IMG/VR virus record: IMGVR_UViG_3300046792_000297
Span: 39,955 to 103,954 of that record
From: a virus
Length of the DNA stretch: 64,000 nucleotides
Direction: 5' to 3' (one strand)
This document shows, in pieces, positions 9,509-18,505 of the stretch (positions are counted from its first letter, which is position 1; the number at the start of each line of letters is the position of its first letter). Position numbers and translations under genes: made by a program. Under the pieces are notes generated by a model. It saw nothing but the letters and a program-made list of their open reading frames with translations. It was not told where the DNA came from and ran no database searches.

Positions 9509-10789
9509 ATGAACGCCAGCTTTGCCAACTCCCTCGACGGGATCGACTGGGACGAGTCAGCCTGGGCGCTCGACGCCGAGTTCGATGAATCGGCCATCAA
9601 GCGTGTAAGCGCGGGCAAGGAAGGCGGCGGCCAGTTCGCGTCCGGCGGCGGAGCCGCAGGAGCCGAAGCTGGAGCCGAGGCGGGCGAACGCGAGCCCGTG
9701 GCGGGCGGTGAACAGGAAGCGGGCGCAGAGGGCGAGGAAGGCGAAGAGGACGAAGAGGAAGACGAAGAGGCGGGAGCCAAGCAGAAGGCCCGCAAGTCGG
9801 CCCACCTGGTAGCGGCGGGCGAGAACCGCGAGCAGTGGCCGGAACACATTCGCAAGATGGTCATCCCACCCGCCTGGACCGACGTCCAGATCGCCATGTC
9901 GCCCGACGCCGACCTGCAAGTGGTGGGCCGGGACAAGAAGGGCCGCAAGCAGTACGTCTACTCGGAGCAGTTCAAGAACTCGCAGGCGGCGCTGAAGTAC
10001 GCCCGCATGGAGTCGCTGCGCCAGGAGAAGCCGGGTATCATCGGCCAGCTTGCGGAGATGCACCAGAGCGCCGACCGCAAGCTGCGCGACCACGCCGACT
10101 GTGCCACGCTGGTCATGAAGATGGGCATCCGGCCTGGCTCGGACACCGACACCAAGGCGGAGAAGAAGGCTTACGGCGCGAGCACGCTCGAAGGCAAGCA
10201 CGTGGTGGTCGAGAACGGCCAGGTCTTCCTGCGCTTCACGGGCAAGAAGGGCGTCGACCTGAACCTGCCGGTCGAGGACAAGACGCTGGCCGCCAACCTG
10301 GCCAGCCGGGCCAAGAAGGCCGGGGCGGAGGGGCGGCTGTTCGGCGACGTGTACTCCGGTTCGCTGCTCCAGTTCGTCAAGAAGGACCTGGATCACGGCG
10401 GCTTCAAGACCAAGGACTTCCGTACCCTGCTGGCCAACGAGTTGGCCGTCAAGGCCATGAAGGGCGTGGCCAAGCCCAAGGATGCCAAGCAGTACAAGGC
10501 GGCGGTCAAGGAAGTGGCCACGCACGTGTCCAGCCGGTTGGGCAACACACCCACGGTCGCGCTCCAGTCCTACATCCACCCGGCGGTGTTCGGCGAGTGG
10601 AAGGGGGCCGCCGACGTACCGGCGGTCCAGGCCAAGGGCAAGAAGAAGGGTAAAGCCAAGGGGAAGAAGAAGCCCGCCGCCAAGCCCGCCGAGCCCGGCA
10701 AGCTGAGTGGAGCCGCGCTGGCCTGGGCCACGCGGCGAGCCGCCAAGGAGGCCGCCCATGCCGGAACCGCAGCCGCAGCCGCAAGCTGA
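9509..10789 (+). CDS. DNA topoisomerase IB (bacterial/poxvirus type) with shared leader
   Basis: IPPAWTDV, GRD.KGRKQY.Y, IRPG, YGASTL, FTGKKG, KDFRT, LGNTP.V...SYI with R-K-R-N-Y catalytic set; N-terminus MNASFANSLDGIDWDESAWALD-AEFDESAIKRVSAGKEGGGQF. Confidence 0.93.
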   Translation: MNASFANSLDGIDWDESAWALDAEFDESAIKRVSAGKEGGGQFASGGGAAGAEAGAEAGEREPVAGGEQEAGAEGEEGEEDEEEDEEAGAKQKARKSAHLVAAGENREQWPEHIRKMVIPPAWTDVQIAMSPDADLQVVGRDKKGRKQYVYSEQFKNSQAALKYARMESLRQEKPGIIGQLAEMHQSADRKLRDHADCATLVMKMGIRPGSDTDTKAEKKAYGASTLEGKHVVVENGQVFLRFTGKKGVDLNLPVEDKTLAANLASRAKKAGAEGRLFGDVYSGSLLQFVKKDLDHGGFKTKDFRTLLANELAVKAMKGVAKPKDAKQYKAAVKEVATHVSSRLGNTPTVALQSYIHPAVFGEWKGAADVPAVQAKGKKKGKAKGKKKPAAKPAEPGKLSGAALAWATRRAAKEAAHAGTAAAAAS

Positions 10790-10955
10790 CGAGGAACTGC
10801 CCGAACTGCACTTCGGACGCGCCGACGCGCCGCCGCTCGACTGGAGGAAGTACAAAGATGATTCCCTGGATGATGACGAGCCGCTTGCGCAAACGCCTGC
10901 GAGCACGGTTGCAATCCTCGGCTTCGACCCCCTCGACCTCGACAGCGACGAATAA
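10758..10955 (+). CDS. Small very acidic protein overlapping the topoisomerase stop (candidate inhibitor/DNA mimic)
   Basis: AAGGAGG RBS; 65 aa, D/E-rich, ends TP.ST..ILGFDPLDLDSDE. Confidence 0.7.
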   Translation: MPEPQPQPQADEELPELHFGRADAPPLDWRKYKDDSLDDDEPLAQTPASTVAILGFDPLDLDSDE

Positions 10956-10977
10956 TGATTTTTCCGGGGGTGCGCTC

Positions 10978-11193
10978 ATGTCGCCGCCGCTCGACTGGAG
11001 AAGGTACAAGGTACACATCGACCCGGACGCCATCGTGATCCAAGGCAAGCGCATCGACCTGGGCGTGTTCCTGGCCCTGATCGACGCCGACAAGCGGCTG
11101 CTCTGGCGCTTCATTGAGCGCGAGGGCAAGATCGAGGCCGTGTGCTTCGACGAACAGCAAGTGATCTGGATCGACCAACCACCGGCAGAATAA
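10978..11193 (+). CDS. Hypothetical protein
   Basis: 71 aa with GC3-rich codon usage; starts with PPLDWRRYK, duplicated from the previous gene. Confidence 0.6.
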   Translation: MSPPLDWRRYKVHIDPDAIVIQGKRIDLGVFLALIDADKRLLWRFIEREGKIEAVCFDEQQVIWIDQPPAE

Positions 11194-11220
11194 CCTGGCA
11201 CGCACGCAAGCGGAGGCTCC

Positions 11221-14200
11221 ATGAAGCGAATCCTGGGCTGGACCCTCTTGCTCTTCGTGTGCCAGGCCGCGCTCGCGCAGATGGCGCAAACCCCCAACCT
11301 GGGCTTGAACCTGCCGCCGCAGGGCTACCCCAACTGGGCCAACCTCAACAACCAGAACTTCGTCACCATCGACGCCGTAGTCGGCGGCTTGCAAAAGCAG
11401 TGGCAGGGCACCTGGACCTCGGCGGTCACCTACCAACCGGCGCAAATCGTCACCTGGCAAGCCTCGTCCTACATCTCCATCACGGGCACCAACGCCAACA
11501 ACCAGCCCGACCTCTCGCCTGGCTACTGGGCCAAGATCGGCACGACGGCGGCGGGAGCCGTGAATGAGTTGCAGATGAATGCCGGGGGTAGCTTCGCCGC
11601 GACCACCGGCATGACCTACGACCTCACCAGCAATACGCTGCGTGCGCCGCAGGTCAACGTGAGCGGCAACATTCAGGGCGTCTCGTTGAAGTTGAGCGGG
11701 CTGGCTCCCGGCTCGGCATTGGTCTGCACCAGTGGCACCGACGGCACGCTGACCAATGGAGCGTGCAGCGTTCCACCCGCCTCTGTGGCCTGGCCGCCAA
11801 GCTGCACGGGGGTCTACGCGCCTGCTACCAATACCTGCGTAGCGGTGGGAACGGCGGCCAATCCCGCAGGCAACGTCAAGGAAGTGCAATTCAATGCAGG
11901 AGGGACGTTTGGCACTGATTCTGCCATCACCATCGACAACTCCACGCACACGCTCGGCTCACAAAACGTTTCCGGCAGCGCCAACACCGTTCTCTATGTG
12001 AAAGCTCCTCCATACAACGCCAAATGCGACGTTCATGTAGGCGGGTTGGGAGATGCGGTCATTACTTCCGGCACGACCACTTACGGTGGTTTCTCGACTG
12101 CGGATGTGGGCAAGACCGTCAAGGGCGTCTCATCTCAAGCTAATGGGAGCGTGTCTTATGTTGGCAAGATTGTTTCATGGGTAGGCGGGACCACCACGCT
12201 CAGCCCCGCCGCCACCATCACGCTTCATTATTGGGAGTGGGCAACCGACGATCATGACTCACTCATGGCAGCGCTCAATGATGCGTATGCTCAGAACGTA
12301 GAAATCCAGCTTCCCGCTGGGCAGTGCTTAACTAGCACGCTTGTCTGGAAAGGGCAGTCCTTTCACGGCTCTGGAAGGGGCGTAAGCTATGTCAGAGGTA
12401 TGCCGGGACAAGATGTGTTTCAGATGCCAGAGTATGGCACCAGTTACTCCATTACGTCATGGTCGATCACTGGGAACGTGGCGACTTTTCAGACTACTAG
12501 CAATAATCTGCTAGCAGGGAACGTCGTTACTCTCGGCGGCTTCGGAACATCCACGTTTTTCAATCTGCAAACCGTGACTGTCACTTCGGCTACAGGGACT
12601 CAATTTGTTGCGCCCATCACTCATGCTAATGGCTCTGCCACAGAAGCTGGCTTTGCGGCAACTGGTGGAGCATTTCCTATCACGTCGTGGTCGATCACTG
12701 GAAACGTGGCAACTGTTCAAGTAGCTAACAATTTTCCAGCGGGAGCCAATATTACTTTAAGCAGGTTTGGGACTTCCACATTTTTCAACGCTCAAAATGT
12801 GACCATCCTCGCGGCGGGTCTTTCTCCAACTCAGTTCTCTTTTAACTTTACTCATGCTAACGGTTCGGCCACGGAGTCTGGACTGGCGACAACCCAAGCT
12901 ACTTCCATACGCCAGTTCAACGTTCATGATCTCAGTATCGTAATCGATTCGACGGTGAACGCGGCAGCGACGGCGGCAGGTGGGAACAACACTTTTCCCT
13001 ACCGCATAGGCGGAACCTTTCAGGGGATGACGCCGTTCACTCCTCCCCCCGCTCCCGGTGTTCCAGTATTCGGAACGTGTGGCGCTGGGGGAGGGTACGC
13101 CGACGCTGGCGGAACTCTGGTGACTATCACCTGCCCCCTTACTGGGTTACCCCTCAACCTTGCCAGCTTAGAGCCGACGTGGGTGATCAATGCTCCAATT
13201 ACTGTCGATGGAGCAGGAGCGGCTGGCGGAGTATATGCAGGTCACATTCAAAGTATTGTCAACGATGGTGTCACCAGCGTTTCTGGTTCTGGAGGAAGCG
13301 GGATGACGGTAGGCACTTACCCGCTCTCCTTCTCTGGAGGGGGCGGGTCTGGCGCATCGGGGACCATCGCGGTGACAAACGCCACTACTTATGTGGTGCT
13401 TCTTAGGGTTGGAGGCGCAGGCTACACTTCTCCGCCAACGGTAACCGCTGCTACTGGAGGGACGCCGCCGACGTTTACAGCCGCCATCGGAACTAGCTGC
13501 GCTGGTGGGACCATCTGCACCGTGCGCGTGGATAATGCCATTGCTACATCAGTGAGTGCCACTACCGGTACTTGGTTAACCGCACAGACGCCACCGTGGT
13601 ACTTCGGCAACGCTGGCATCGCGATGCCGTGTTCTGGTGGGGGTGCTTGCAATGGAGTCGGCTTCAGTGTTATTCGCAACGTAAACTTTGATCAGGTAGC
13701 CAACGGCTATATCGGCAGAAGCCACACTACGGGTATCTTCACGCAGGCGCAGATGTACGGAGATAGCTTCGAGAACCTAGTCTTCACTCAGCTCTACGGA
13801 GGTTACATCGAGGTGCAGCCTCCTGCTGGAAATCTCAGCACCGCCGATACCATGTCATTCAAGGATATTAGCTTTTACAACGAGAACTTCCCGATCATGA
13901 CTTACAACGGCAATGATCGTGTGATCAACGGCATGAATATCTATCAAGAGCTTCTCCTTTCGGAGGGGCCGTTTTTCTTCAGCAGGCAGCAGGCTCTTTC
14001 GGGGTATCTAAACTGGGCGATCAACAGCTTCTATATCGAAGGCGGAGCTTCTACCAACGGAGAATGGGCGCGTTTTCAAGGTGGCCCTTTTCATATGAGG
14101 GCGGCCAGCTTCGGCGGCGGGAACCCGGCTGGATCATACATCGAGTTCACGGGTGGTGGGTCAAGTTTGTGGGAAGGTGGGATTGGCGGCGCTCTTCATA

Positions 14201-15951
14201 TCGATGGCAGCAACATGAACACTTTCCGCAACACCGGTATTCTGCCGGGGTCTGGGCTTATTGTTGACAACGGCCACGGGAACATTTTTGAAACGCAGTA
14301 CGTTGCAGGCGTGCGGCAATATCTGGGGAGGCGTGTTTATGCTGGCACTAAGCCTGCCCGGAAGCCAGTTGGTGAGATGGACGGCTCAGCCATCGTGGGC
14401 GGCAGTGCGACAACACCTTACTACAGTGCTTCCGATCTGATGACAACTTGTTCAGATTGGGCATTTGCCTATTATCCCGGCACAACGGCAGGGTCATGCG
14501 TAAGCGATCCGAGCGGGACAGAGTTGCCACACGGTTATTTTGAATCTGCAACGCCCACGCCTGGCTTTGACATAGTCAATGCTTCGCCGGGTGGTGGCTG
14601 GGCGGGAGGCCCACGGTTATTTGGTGGTCATGCGCCTCTGCAAAAGGTAAGAGTCTACGTGACAGGCCGCTGCGTTGGCGCTGGATGTGCCGCAACGACG
14701 CTAGCAACCTACAGAGATTCGCCTACGAGCACGGAGTTCGGCAGAGCTACCTTGAACTTTACGTCATCGTGGTCAACTCAGTCGTTTCCTGCCGATGCGA
14801 GTAACGGTGTAGCGGGAAACATCCCCAACGTAACTATGACCGGTTGGACCAACACGGGAACAGCTTACGACATAGCGATGATCACCATTCAGCCGATCCC
14901 GACGGATACGATCAACGTCACCTATCTGGGCAACACTCCATCGCAAGCGGCAGCGGCGTTCGGATCGCCTGTGATACTCAGCATGGAGAAGGTGACGACT
15001 GGAGTTAGTGTTTTTTCGCTGCCTGATTCTACTTCACCAACAGGATTCTCGAATACGGCTACGGCATCTGGCGGTTGGATTTGCTGCACTACTTTTCCGA
15101 ATGGCACTGGTGTCTATCTTGGTGGAAGGGACTTTCCGACTAGCTACGGAGTGTTGCAATGGACGGTGCAGGGTCCATCCGTCTGGACCGATACACTCAA
15201 TGGTCTTCTGACCAACGTGGCGACCACATGCACCTTGACTACTTTTAATACTTCAACTTGGCAAGCTAATGGGTACTTCCTCATCGATCAAGAGATTCTT
15301 GGCTACACTGGGGCAGTGCCGGGGAGTAATGGATTTACCTGCACACGCGGCAACTTCGGAACTATCGCGCAGCAGCACTCTAATGGTGCAGCCGTGTCCA
15401 GCGTGGGGACGACAAACTTCCTGACCAAATGCAACAACCTAGATGCATCCACCGGGCGTAGCACCGTCGTTCCCATTCTTCCGACATGGCAGCAATATCG
15501 GCAAGCATTTGTCGGCACCGCCTGTTCTGGGTACACTCCCGCCTTTCAGATGTTTGCTGGCACCGGTCCAACGGGACAAACGTTCAAGGTGGCCAGTATC
15601 ACCATAGAAAGTTTGCAGGGCGTTCTTCCCCAGCCCACCGCCGCCAACCAAGTGTTAAGTTCTGGCGCGGTGCTAACTGGCGGCGCGGGGTATGCGTTCA
15701 ACACGCTGACCACCATGCCCCCAGTTAGGGCCGGAACATGGGCGATCTCGGCGGCGACTTCCGCTCCCATCACGTTTGCCCCGGTCATGCTGGCTACACC
15801 GACAAGCTGCGCTGTCACGCCCTCCGCCAGCGCCGCCACAACTGGCACACCATTCGCGTCTAGTCTCGCGACCACCGGGTTTACGGTCAACGTTCCCACC
15901 AGCGGCAGTTTGAGCGGCACCTACCTGTGCGCGATCACCAACGCCTACTAA
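11221..15951 (+). CDS. Giant signal-peptide-bearing fibre/spike-like protein (CBM-like and beta-helix depolymerase-like regions)
   Basis: GGAGG RBS; signal peptide MKRILGWTLLLFVCQAALA-Q; TPNLGL...W...N.NF..ID; W.G.W...Y....V carbohydrate-binding-like repeat; VK.PPYNAKCD / TDD...L..A...I.LPAG.C pectate-lyase-like start; internal duplicated about 75-aa module. Confidence 0.75.
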   Translation: MKRILGWTLLLFVCQAALAQMAQTPNLGLNLPPQGYPNWANLNNQNFVTIDAVVGGLQKQWQGTWTSAVTYQPAQIVTWQASSYISITGTNANNQPDLSPGYWAKIGTTAAGAVNELQMNAGGSFAATTGMTYDLTSNTLRAPQVNVSGNIQGVSLKLSGLAPGSALVCTSGTDGTLTNGACSVPPASVAWPPSCTGVYAPATNTCVAVGTAANPAGNVKEVQFNAGGTFGTDSAITIDNSTHTLGSQNVSGSANTVLYVKAPPYNAKCDVHVGGLGDAVITSGTTTYGGFSTADVGKTVKGVSSQANGSVSYVGKIVSWVGGTTTLSPAATITLHYWEWATDDHDSLMAALNDAYAQNVEIQLPAGQCLTSTLVWKGQSFHGSGRGVSYVRGMPGQDVFQMPEYGTSYSITSWSITGNVATFQTTSNNLLAGNVVTLGGFGTSTFFNLQTVTVTSATGTQFVAPITHANGSATEAGFAATGGAFPITSWSITGNVATVQVANNFPAGANITLSRFGTSTFFNAQNVTILAAGLSPTQFSFNFTHANGSATESGLATTQATSIRQFNVHDLSIVIDSTVNAAATAAGGNNTFPYRIGGTFQGMTPFTPPPAPGVPVFGTCGAGGGYADAGGTLVTITCPLTGLPLNLASLEPTWVINAPITVDGAGAAGGVYAGHIQSIVNDGVTSVSGSGGSGMTVGTYPLSFSGGGGSGASGTIAVTNATTYVVLLRVGGAGYTSPPTVTAATGGTPPTFTAAIGTSCAGGTICTVRVDNAIATSVSATTGTWLTAQTPPWYFGNAGIAMPCSGGGACNGVGFSVIRNVNFDQVANGYIGRSHTTGIFTQAQMYGDSFENLVFTQLYGGYIEVQPPAGNLSTADTMSFKDISFYNENFPIMTYNGNDRVINGMNIYQELLLSEGPFFFSRQQALSGYLNWAINSFYIEGGASTNGEWARFQGGPFHMRAASFGGGNPAGSYIEFTGGGSSLWEGGIGGALHIDGSNMNTFRNTGILPGSGLIVDNGHGNIFETQYVAGVRQYLGRRVYAGTKPARKPVGEMDGSAIVGGSATTPYYSASDLMTTCSDWAFAYYPGTTAGSCVSDPSGTELPHGYFESATPTPGFDIVNASPGGGWAGGPRLFGGHAPLQKVRVYVTGRCVGAGCAATTLATYRDSPTSTEFGRATLNFTSSWSTQSFPADASNGVAGNIPNVTMTGWTNTGTAYDIAMITIQPIPTDTINVTYLGNTPSQAAAAFGSPVILSMEKVTTGVSVFSLPDSTSPTGFSNTATASGGWICCTTFPNGTGVYLGGRDFPTSYGVLQWTVQGPSVWTDTLNGLLTNVATTCTLTTFNTSTWQANGYFLIDQEILGYTGAVPGSNGFTCTRGNFGTIAQQHSNGAAVSSVGTTNFLTKCNNLDASTGRSTVVPILPTWQQYRQAFVGTACSGYTPAFQMFAGTGPTGQTFKVASITIESLQGVLPQPTAANQVLSSGAVLTGGAGYAFNTLTTMPPVRAGTWAISAATSAPITFAPVMLATPTSCAVTPSASAATTGTPFASSLATTGFTVNVPTSGSLSGTYLCAITNAY

Positions 15952-16045
15952 TAATGATTATTTTGGCCCTGTTCGCGCTGGCCGTACTCCTGGCGCTCAG
16001 CCGTTGGTGGCCCGACCTGTTGAACCCGCTCTGAGGAGAATCGGT

Positions 16046-16381
16046 ATGGACACCAAGAAGACTGTCGCCTGGATCAAGACCGCCCTCATCTCGTCCGTGG
16101 TCGGCGGCATCATGGCCGCCATTGCCGCCGCCTGCGATCCGTCCAAGTACCGCTTCCCCCAGGACTTGGGCAGTGGGAAGCTCTGGCCGTTCTTTCTGGC
16201 CGGGGCGGGGGCGATGTTCGGCGGGATGCTGCTGAAGTCGCCGCTGGGTCAGTCGGCGCTCAGCACGTTCAAGGACAGCCAGGCGCAACTGGCGCAGAGC
16301 AAGCAGGACCTGGCCGACGCCAAGGAGCAACTCAAGCAAACCCCGACCGGGCCGCCGCCCAACGGGCCGGGAAAGGCGTAG
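16046..16381 (+). CDS. Two-TM membrane protein with coiled-coil tail (holin-like)
   Basis: GAGGAG RBS; two hydrophobic segments and a charged C-terminus. Confidence 0.5.
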   Translation: MDTKKTVAWIKTALISSVVGGIMAAIAAACDPSKYRFPQDLGSGKLWPFFLAGAGAMFGGMLLKSPLGQSALSTFKDSQAQLAQSKQDLADAKEQLKQTPTGPPPNGPGKA

Positions 16382-16388
16382 CGTCGTA

Positions 16389-17249
16389 ATGCCCGGCTTC
16401 CGCCCGCCCAACCGCATCGAGATCGCTTACCGGCGGGCCATCACCGACGCGCTGGCCGAACTGCTCGGCCTGATCCCGCCCGACCTCAGTGAAGGCGAGT
16501 GGCTCACCCAACTGGCGGCGCTCGGCTACCGCCCGGAGATGCTCGACCTGGCCGCTCGCACGGCCTACAAGATGGTCGAGTGGATCAACATCGACAACGC
16601 CAAGAGTTGGCGGGCCGCCTCGCGGCAGTCGCAACGCTCGCAAAGATTATTCCGCCTCTTGCAGCACGAACTGGCCGGGCCGGTCGGCGTCACCCTGAAC
16701 TGGCTGGTGCGGGAGAACGCCAAGCTGATCTCCTCGATCCCGTCGACTGTCGCGTCGATGTTGACCGGCGAGATCGCGACGGCGGCGCAGGGCGGAGCCC
16801 GGCACGAAACGATGACGCGGATGATGCGGGTCCGCTTTCCCGAATTGACCCACAACCGCATCGCCCTGATTGCTCGCACGGAGACGGCCAAGGCGTCGAC
16901 GGCGCTCACGCGAGCGCGGTCGGAAGAGTTGGACCTGACCTGGTTCGTCTGGAAGACTTCGGAGGATCGCCGGGTGCGCCCGGCGCATAAGAACCTGAAC
17001 GGCGTGCTGGTTTCCTGGGCCGACCTGCCGCAGCCCGAGGCGCTGATCGGGGAGAAGAGCACGCTGGGCAAGGGCGCGGCGGGCGACTTTCCCAACTGCC
17101 GCTGCTACCCCGCCCCGTTGCTCTCGCTCGACGACGTGTTCGCCAACGGCAGCGTGCGGGCGCGGGTGTATCACAACGACCACATTGAACGCATGACGCG
17201 GGCGCAGTTCGCGCGGCTGTCGGGCGTCGAGCGCCGCTACGCGGCTTGA
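16389..17249 (+). CDS. MuF / SPP1 gp7-family head morphogenesis protein (no C-terminal toxin extension)
   Basis: R...IARTET.K, W.TS.D.RVR..H..L.G and NCRC motifs. Confidence 0.92.
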   Translation: MPGFRPPNRIEIAYRRAITDALAELLGLIPPDLSEGEWLTQLAALGYRPEMLDLAARTAYKMVEWINIDNAKSWRAASRQSQRSQRLFRLLQHELAGPVGVTLNWLVRENAKLISSIPSTVASMLTGEIATAAQGGARHETMTRMMRVRFPELTHNRIALIARTETAKASTALTRARSEELDLTWFVWKTSEDRRVRPAHKNLNGVLVSWADLPQPEALIGEKSTLGKGAAGDFPNCRCYPAPLLSLDDVFANGSVRARVYHNDHIERMTRAQFARLSGVERRYAA

Positions 17250-17260
17250 AGGACACCATA

Positions 17261-18490
17261 ATGCCTACACGCAAGGATGCAGTCGCCGACCTGGGCTTCG
17301 ATCCCACCGGCAAGCAGGACTGTTCGCCCCGTCTGACCGACTACCTCAATTCCAGCGACGCCAATGGCGGCGAACTGCACTTCCCTGCCGGGCGCTACTA
17401 CTACCGCTCCACCGTGGAAAGCAACCAGAAGAACGTCAAGTTGGTGGGCGACGCACACTTGGCCAACATGGGCGACAGCCCGGTGGCCTTCTGCTCCGAT
17501 CAGTATCTTGAGGCGATTTTGTGGTGGAACGGTTCGCAACCTACTTCCAATATGAACGGGCCGAGAATCGACCACGTTCAATTTCAGGACACCAGCAGCG
17601 ACCACGCTCACTTGCGTAGCGCCATCCGCCTCACCGCGACCGCGAACGCGGAACTCAAGGTGGGCTTTTTGAATCTTCATCCGCAACGCTACTGCAATGG
17701 CACGGCGGCGGTGAGCACCAACTCGAAGACCGTTCAGGGAGCGGGCACCAAGTGGCAGGACTACATGAGCCGCTGTGCCTGGCTGGTGATTGATGGCTAT
17801 CCGTATGAGATCGCCAGCGTGGAGTCGGAGACTGCGCTGACGCTGGCCATCGAGTACCAGGGGCCGACCGCCAGCAATAAAGGATACGCAATCAACTGGG
17901 GCGGCGTGGGCGTGTGGCTCGATCCAGGCACAGACTTTTGTCAGTATGGCAAAGAATGGAGCTTGAATGGCCGCTGTGCGTGCGCCCTGTTCGCAGCGGC
18001 GGGCGCTACCAGCCCGCGCTACACCGGGACCAGCAGGATCAAGGTATTGAGTGGCTACTTAAATGGCGAGGGGATTCCAGACAGCATCGCCGGTTATTTC
18101 GGACCCTATTCCGACACGTTCGTTTGGGATTGCGCCATGAACTCGTTTGCCTTCGGACTTGTCATTGCGAACGGACACCAGCACGACGTGCAACATGGCG
18201 ATTATGAAAATGCTGGCGGGCCGGTGCCGGTCACGGGTAAGCCGTTGAGCTACGATTCCTGCCACGGCATCCTGGTCATGTCCTCCAATCACAGCGATAC
18301 CTGGGGCAACCGCCTGGGTGGATATTTCAGACAGATCGGGACGGCGATGGAACTCTATGGCACGCCCGGCAAAGCGCCTGATTGGACAATCATCGGCGTG
18401 TCCACCTTCCGCTCCAACAAGGCCAAGCTGATCGTGGGCAACGCCACCAACACCGAAATTCTGCAACCGTCGCTCGCGGGCGGCGTGTAA
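17261..18490 (+). CDS. Beta-helix (pectate-lyase-like) protein, possible depolymerase
   Basis: D.G.DPTG..DC and L.FPAG.Y N-terminal signature; Gly/Asn-rich beta strands. Confidence 0.6.
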   Translation: MPTRKDAVADLGFDPTGKQDCSPRLTDYLNSSDANGGELHFPAGRYYYRSTVESNQKNVKLVGDAHLANMGDSPVAFCSDQYLEAILWWNGSQPTSNMNGPRIDHVQFQDTSSDHAHLRSAIRLTATANAELKVGFLNLHPQRYCNGTAAVSTNSKTVQGAGTKWQDYMSRCAWLVIDGYPYEIASVESETALTLAIEYQGPTASNKGYAINWGGVGVWLDPGTDFCQYGKEWSLNGRCACALFAAAGATSPRYTGTSRIKVLSGYLNGEGIPDSIAGYFGPYSDTFVWDCAMNSFAFGLVIANGHQHDVQHGDYENAGGPVPVTGKPLSYDSCHGILVMSSNHSDTWGNRLGGYFRQIGTAMELYGTPGKAPDWTIIGVSTFRSNKAKLIVGNATNTEILQPSLAGGV

Positions 18491-18505
18491 ACCACGGAGG
18501 GACTA

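Noticed and set aside
15954-16034. 26-aa hydrophobic ORF MIILALFALAVLLALSRWWPDLLNPL
   Set aside because: No RBS, and its start lies inside the AT-rich palindrome; cannot be supported as a gene.
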